Below, piece after piece: positions 34,623 through 36,857 of a DNA stretch of 36,857 nucleotides. The stretch comes from Armatimonadota bacterium. Lineage in GTDB: Bacteria; Armatimonadota; SYMT01. Under the pieces are notes generated by a model, which made no database searches, was not told the DNA's origin, and saw only the letters and a list, made by a program, of their open reading frames with translations. A program made the position numbers and the translations under genes. Position 1 is the first letter of the stretch. Every line of letters begins with the position of its first letter. The stretch spans positions 1 to 36,857 of the forward strand of contig JBKBRF010000060.1 of NCBI GenBank assembly GCA_046292385.1, written 5' to 3'.

Positions 34623-36277
34623 CAGAGTGCATCCAGACTCCGTCCCATCGCCTCCTGCACGCTCACCTGCATCTGCTTGCGCTGGACTTCGGCGGGCTTG
34701 TTGCCGAGGAAGCGGGTCACCACCATCTCCGCGGTGATCAGCTCGTGCTCGTCTACGTTGAAGTGTACCTCAACTTCGAAGCGGTCGCGCTTGGCGCCGC
34801 CCGCGCGGAGCAGCTTTCCGGCGAGCGAGTTGGCCACCTGCTCCCAGAAGCCGCGCTGGAACGTGGCGATCCGGTCGGCGAGCGGCACCTTTTGGTGACC
34901 CGTCAGGAACTGGATCTTCACGCGGGTCTCGTGCGGGTCGGCGGCCACCTGGTCGACCTGGATCTTCACCGGCGGCTGCGTGTTGAACGGGAGGAGCTGG
35001 CCGCGGGGGAGCAGCAGCATCGGCTCCTCGACCGGCGTGGAGGTGCCGTTCCTGGCGGCGTGGCTCCCGGGGATGTGGAGCCAGACCGGGTGCGCGGCGC
35101 GGCGGAGCGGGGCGACGAAGCCGCCGCGGCTGGTGCGCACCAGCGGATCGTAGGCGAGACCGCGCGCCACGCTCTGCTCCGGGTGGCTGTGCCGGAAGAT
35201 GGTGTGGGTGCCGACGAAGAGGTGCGGAAAGATCTTTCCGAGCGCCCGCTCCACGAAGTACCAGCGGGAGTGGCCTCCGGTCAGGATCAGCTGCGCCACC
35301 TGGTCCGGCCGCAGCCCCGCTTCCTGCAGCGCCGCCGTCACCAGCTTCTCGAAGTAGCCGATATACTCCGCCGCCACCCGCTCGAACTCGTCCCGGCTCA
35401 GGCGGACGTGGTAGTTCTTCTCGCCCGCCAGGATCATCGTCTCGTAGTGCATGGCGCCGTCGGAGAGGTTGTTGGAGAACGCCTCCTTGAAGCGGCGGAC
35501 CTCGCGCAGCAGGAGCCGCTGGTGCGTCTTCACGACCTCCGGATCCCAGTTCCGGGAGAGGTACTGGAAGAGGATGAAGTCGAGATGGCGGCCGCCGTAG
35601 GAGCGGGCCATCTCCGTCTCCGGGTGGACCGGGATCGAGACCGGCCGCTCCTCCGGCGTCTCCGGAATCTGCAGGAAGGCGAAGTCGGTGGTTCCCCCAC
35701 CCATGTCGACCGTCAGCACGTGACTGCCCGGCTTCGGCTGGAAGCCGGTCCGCTCGTCGAAGACGTGGCAGTAGAGCGCGGCAAGCGATTCCTCTTCCAG
35801 CCGCACGTTCGGAAAACCGGCTTCCTGGGCGGCGCGAAGGGTCGCCTCGCGCTGGTCCGCGTTCCACTGCACCGGGTGGCCGACGATCGTCTCGACGCGG
35901 ATGTTCGGGTCCTTGCTGTCGATCGGCACGAACTGGCCGATGCGGCGGCGCAGGTAGCCCATGAAGTACTTCGCCATCAGGAAGGCGTCCCGGCCGCGCT
36001 CCGTGTCGCCGAGCTGCAGCTTGAAGCCGGTAAAGAAGCGGGCGGGATCGAAGGTGGCGCGCTCCTCCGCCGGCAGGCCGAACGTCGGCGGCTGCGTCTT
36101 ACCGTCGCCCAGGTGAAGGCAGGTCGGCACGGTGTCGCGGTTGTGGAACGGAACGACCTCCGGCCGGTGCAGCGGGTCCGGGTCGACCTCTCCGTTGCCC
36201 CGGTCGAAGTAACTGGCAAAGGCGACGCAGCTATTGGCGGTTCCGAAGTCGATCCCGATCGCGTAGACCGTGGCCAT
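34622..36277 (-). CDS. Atypical Hsp70-family ATPase (not canonical DnaK)
   Basis: IGIDFGTANS, FKLQLG, AAQEAGF, EEESLAA, DMGGGTTD, GGRHLD, LTGGHSR, SVARGLA. Divergent C-terminus with no helical lid. Confidence 0.92.
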   Translation of the reverse strand: MATVYAIGIDFGTANSCVAFASYFDRGNGEVDPDPLHRPEVVPFHNRDTVPTCLHLGDGKTQPPTFGLPAEERATFDPARFFTGFKLQLGDTERGRDAFLMAKYFMGYLRRRIGQFVPIDSKDPNIRVETIVGHPVQWNADQREATLRAAQEAGFPNVRLEEESLAALYCHVFDERTGFQPKPGSHVLTVDMGGGTTDFAFLQIPETPEERPVSIPVHPETEMARSYGGRHLDFILFQYLSRNWDPEVVKTHQRLLLREVRRFKEAFSNNLSDGAMHYETMILAGEKNYHVRLSRDEFERVAAEYIGYFEKLVTAALQEAGLRPDQVAQLILTGGHSRWYFVERALGKIFPHLFVGTHTIFRHSHPEQSVARGLAYDPLVRTSRGGFVAPLRRAAHPVWLHIPGSHAARNGTSTPVEEPMLLLPRGQLLPFNTQPPVKIQVDQVAADPHETRVKIQFLTGHQKVPLADRIATFQRGFWEQVANSLAGKLLRAGGAKRDRFEVEVHFNVDEHELITAEMVVTRFLGNKPAEVQRKQMQVSVQEAMGRSLDAL

Positions 36278-36606
36278 CTCCGCTCCTCTGAGGCTTCCGG
36301 CCCGGGCAAGCTTCCAGGCCCACCGGCACTCTTGCTTGGTTACCAATCCGAAGTATGGCGGCTATCGGCCAAAGGTTTACCCCTCGCCCACTGCGGATGG
36401 GATGCAGTTCCGTGCCGCGGACGGGAGTCCCTTGTTGGCACTGCTACGAGCCGCTCGACGGGCGGTCTGTTGATGCACGGCAGGCCGGGGAGGAGCATTG
36501 TGAGTGGGTGGGAGAGGCGGCAACCACCTGCGCTGCAGAGGCTTGCCAGGCCGCGGAAGGGCCGTGCCACCTACGGACGGCCGGGATAACCGCTGCGGGA
36601 CAGAAT

Positions 36607-36744
36607 TTGGAGTGCGGAAGCTTGCTTCCGCTTTGAGGGGCCTTCCGTACGCGGTAGCTTCTCCCGAGCGAGAGCAAGCTCTCACAAGCAGCGGCGGTCT
36701 GGTGGCGGGGTCGGCGGCGAAAGCGGCAGCAAGCTACCGCACTT
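36607..36744. repeat. REP-like inverted pair
   Basis: ttggagtgcggaagcttgcttccgcttt ... aaagcggcagcaagctaccgcact; each arm is itself a hairpin. Confidence 0.75.
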
Positions 36745-36857
36745 GTATGTTAGCTCCAGGTGGGAAGGAAGAAGAAGGTCACCCGCACTTGCCGCCCTTC
36801 GGGGACGGACGTTTGGAGAAGACCTCTTCTTCCCTCTCACCGCCGATGAGGAATCCC

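Noticed and set aside
36548..36580. Third copy of the 176/11291 element (AGGCCGCGGAAGGGCC..CCACC)
   Set aside because: Only a short match, with no closing stem or upstream blocks.
1..36857. Many long alternative-frame and antisense ORFs (for example 388-1335, 8837-10849, 15803-17284, 34349-36589)
   Set aside because: These are Arg/Pro/Gly-rich shadow ORFs expected at high GC, overlapping well-supported genes.
36750..36857. 3' end of a minus-strand CDS at the right edge
   Set aside because: No frame gives a recognisable protein; insufficient sequence.

Overview
High-GC bacterial chromosomal window. The gene mix (futalosine-pathway mqnA, a Planctomycete-type DUF1549/DUF1553-DUF1501-PPC cluster, an atypical Hsp70) is compatible with Armatimonadota or a PVC-like lineage; this is inference only. 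About 29 credible CDS are present, plus one probable gene remnant. They include ftcD, a small Cys-rich metallothionein-like peptide, a duplicated ABC-2 permease, a BSP peptidase, a BON protein, an orphan PDZ/multi-TM histidine kinase, mqnA, an enolase-superfamily/EamA/SMP-30 operon, a Cys/Met PLP enzyme, a Fur/Zur regulator, an HTH-coiled-coil protein, an APH-like/AAA kinase fusion, an FHA-Ser/Thr kinase-vWA module, a Tat metallophosphoesterase, mutL and the Hsp70-like ATPase. I saw no rRNA, tRNA, CRISPR array or transposase. The most striking non-coding signals are four. (i) Two homologous structured elements (176-359 and 11291-11434) have different but perfectly pairing closing stems and a 28/29-identical core, and each lies just 3' of a minus-strand gene. 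(ii) Many gene junctions carry 6-, 7-, 8- or 9-mer tandem arrays, often as inverted arms that abut or contain start and stop codons. (iii) A three-hairpin sRNA candidate with an anti-Shine-Dalgarno (SD) linker lies at 21799-21895. (iv) The EamA gene appears to start at ATA within an ATAA stop/start overlap.
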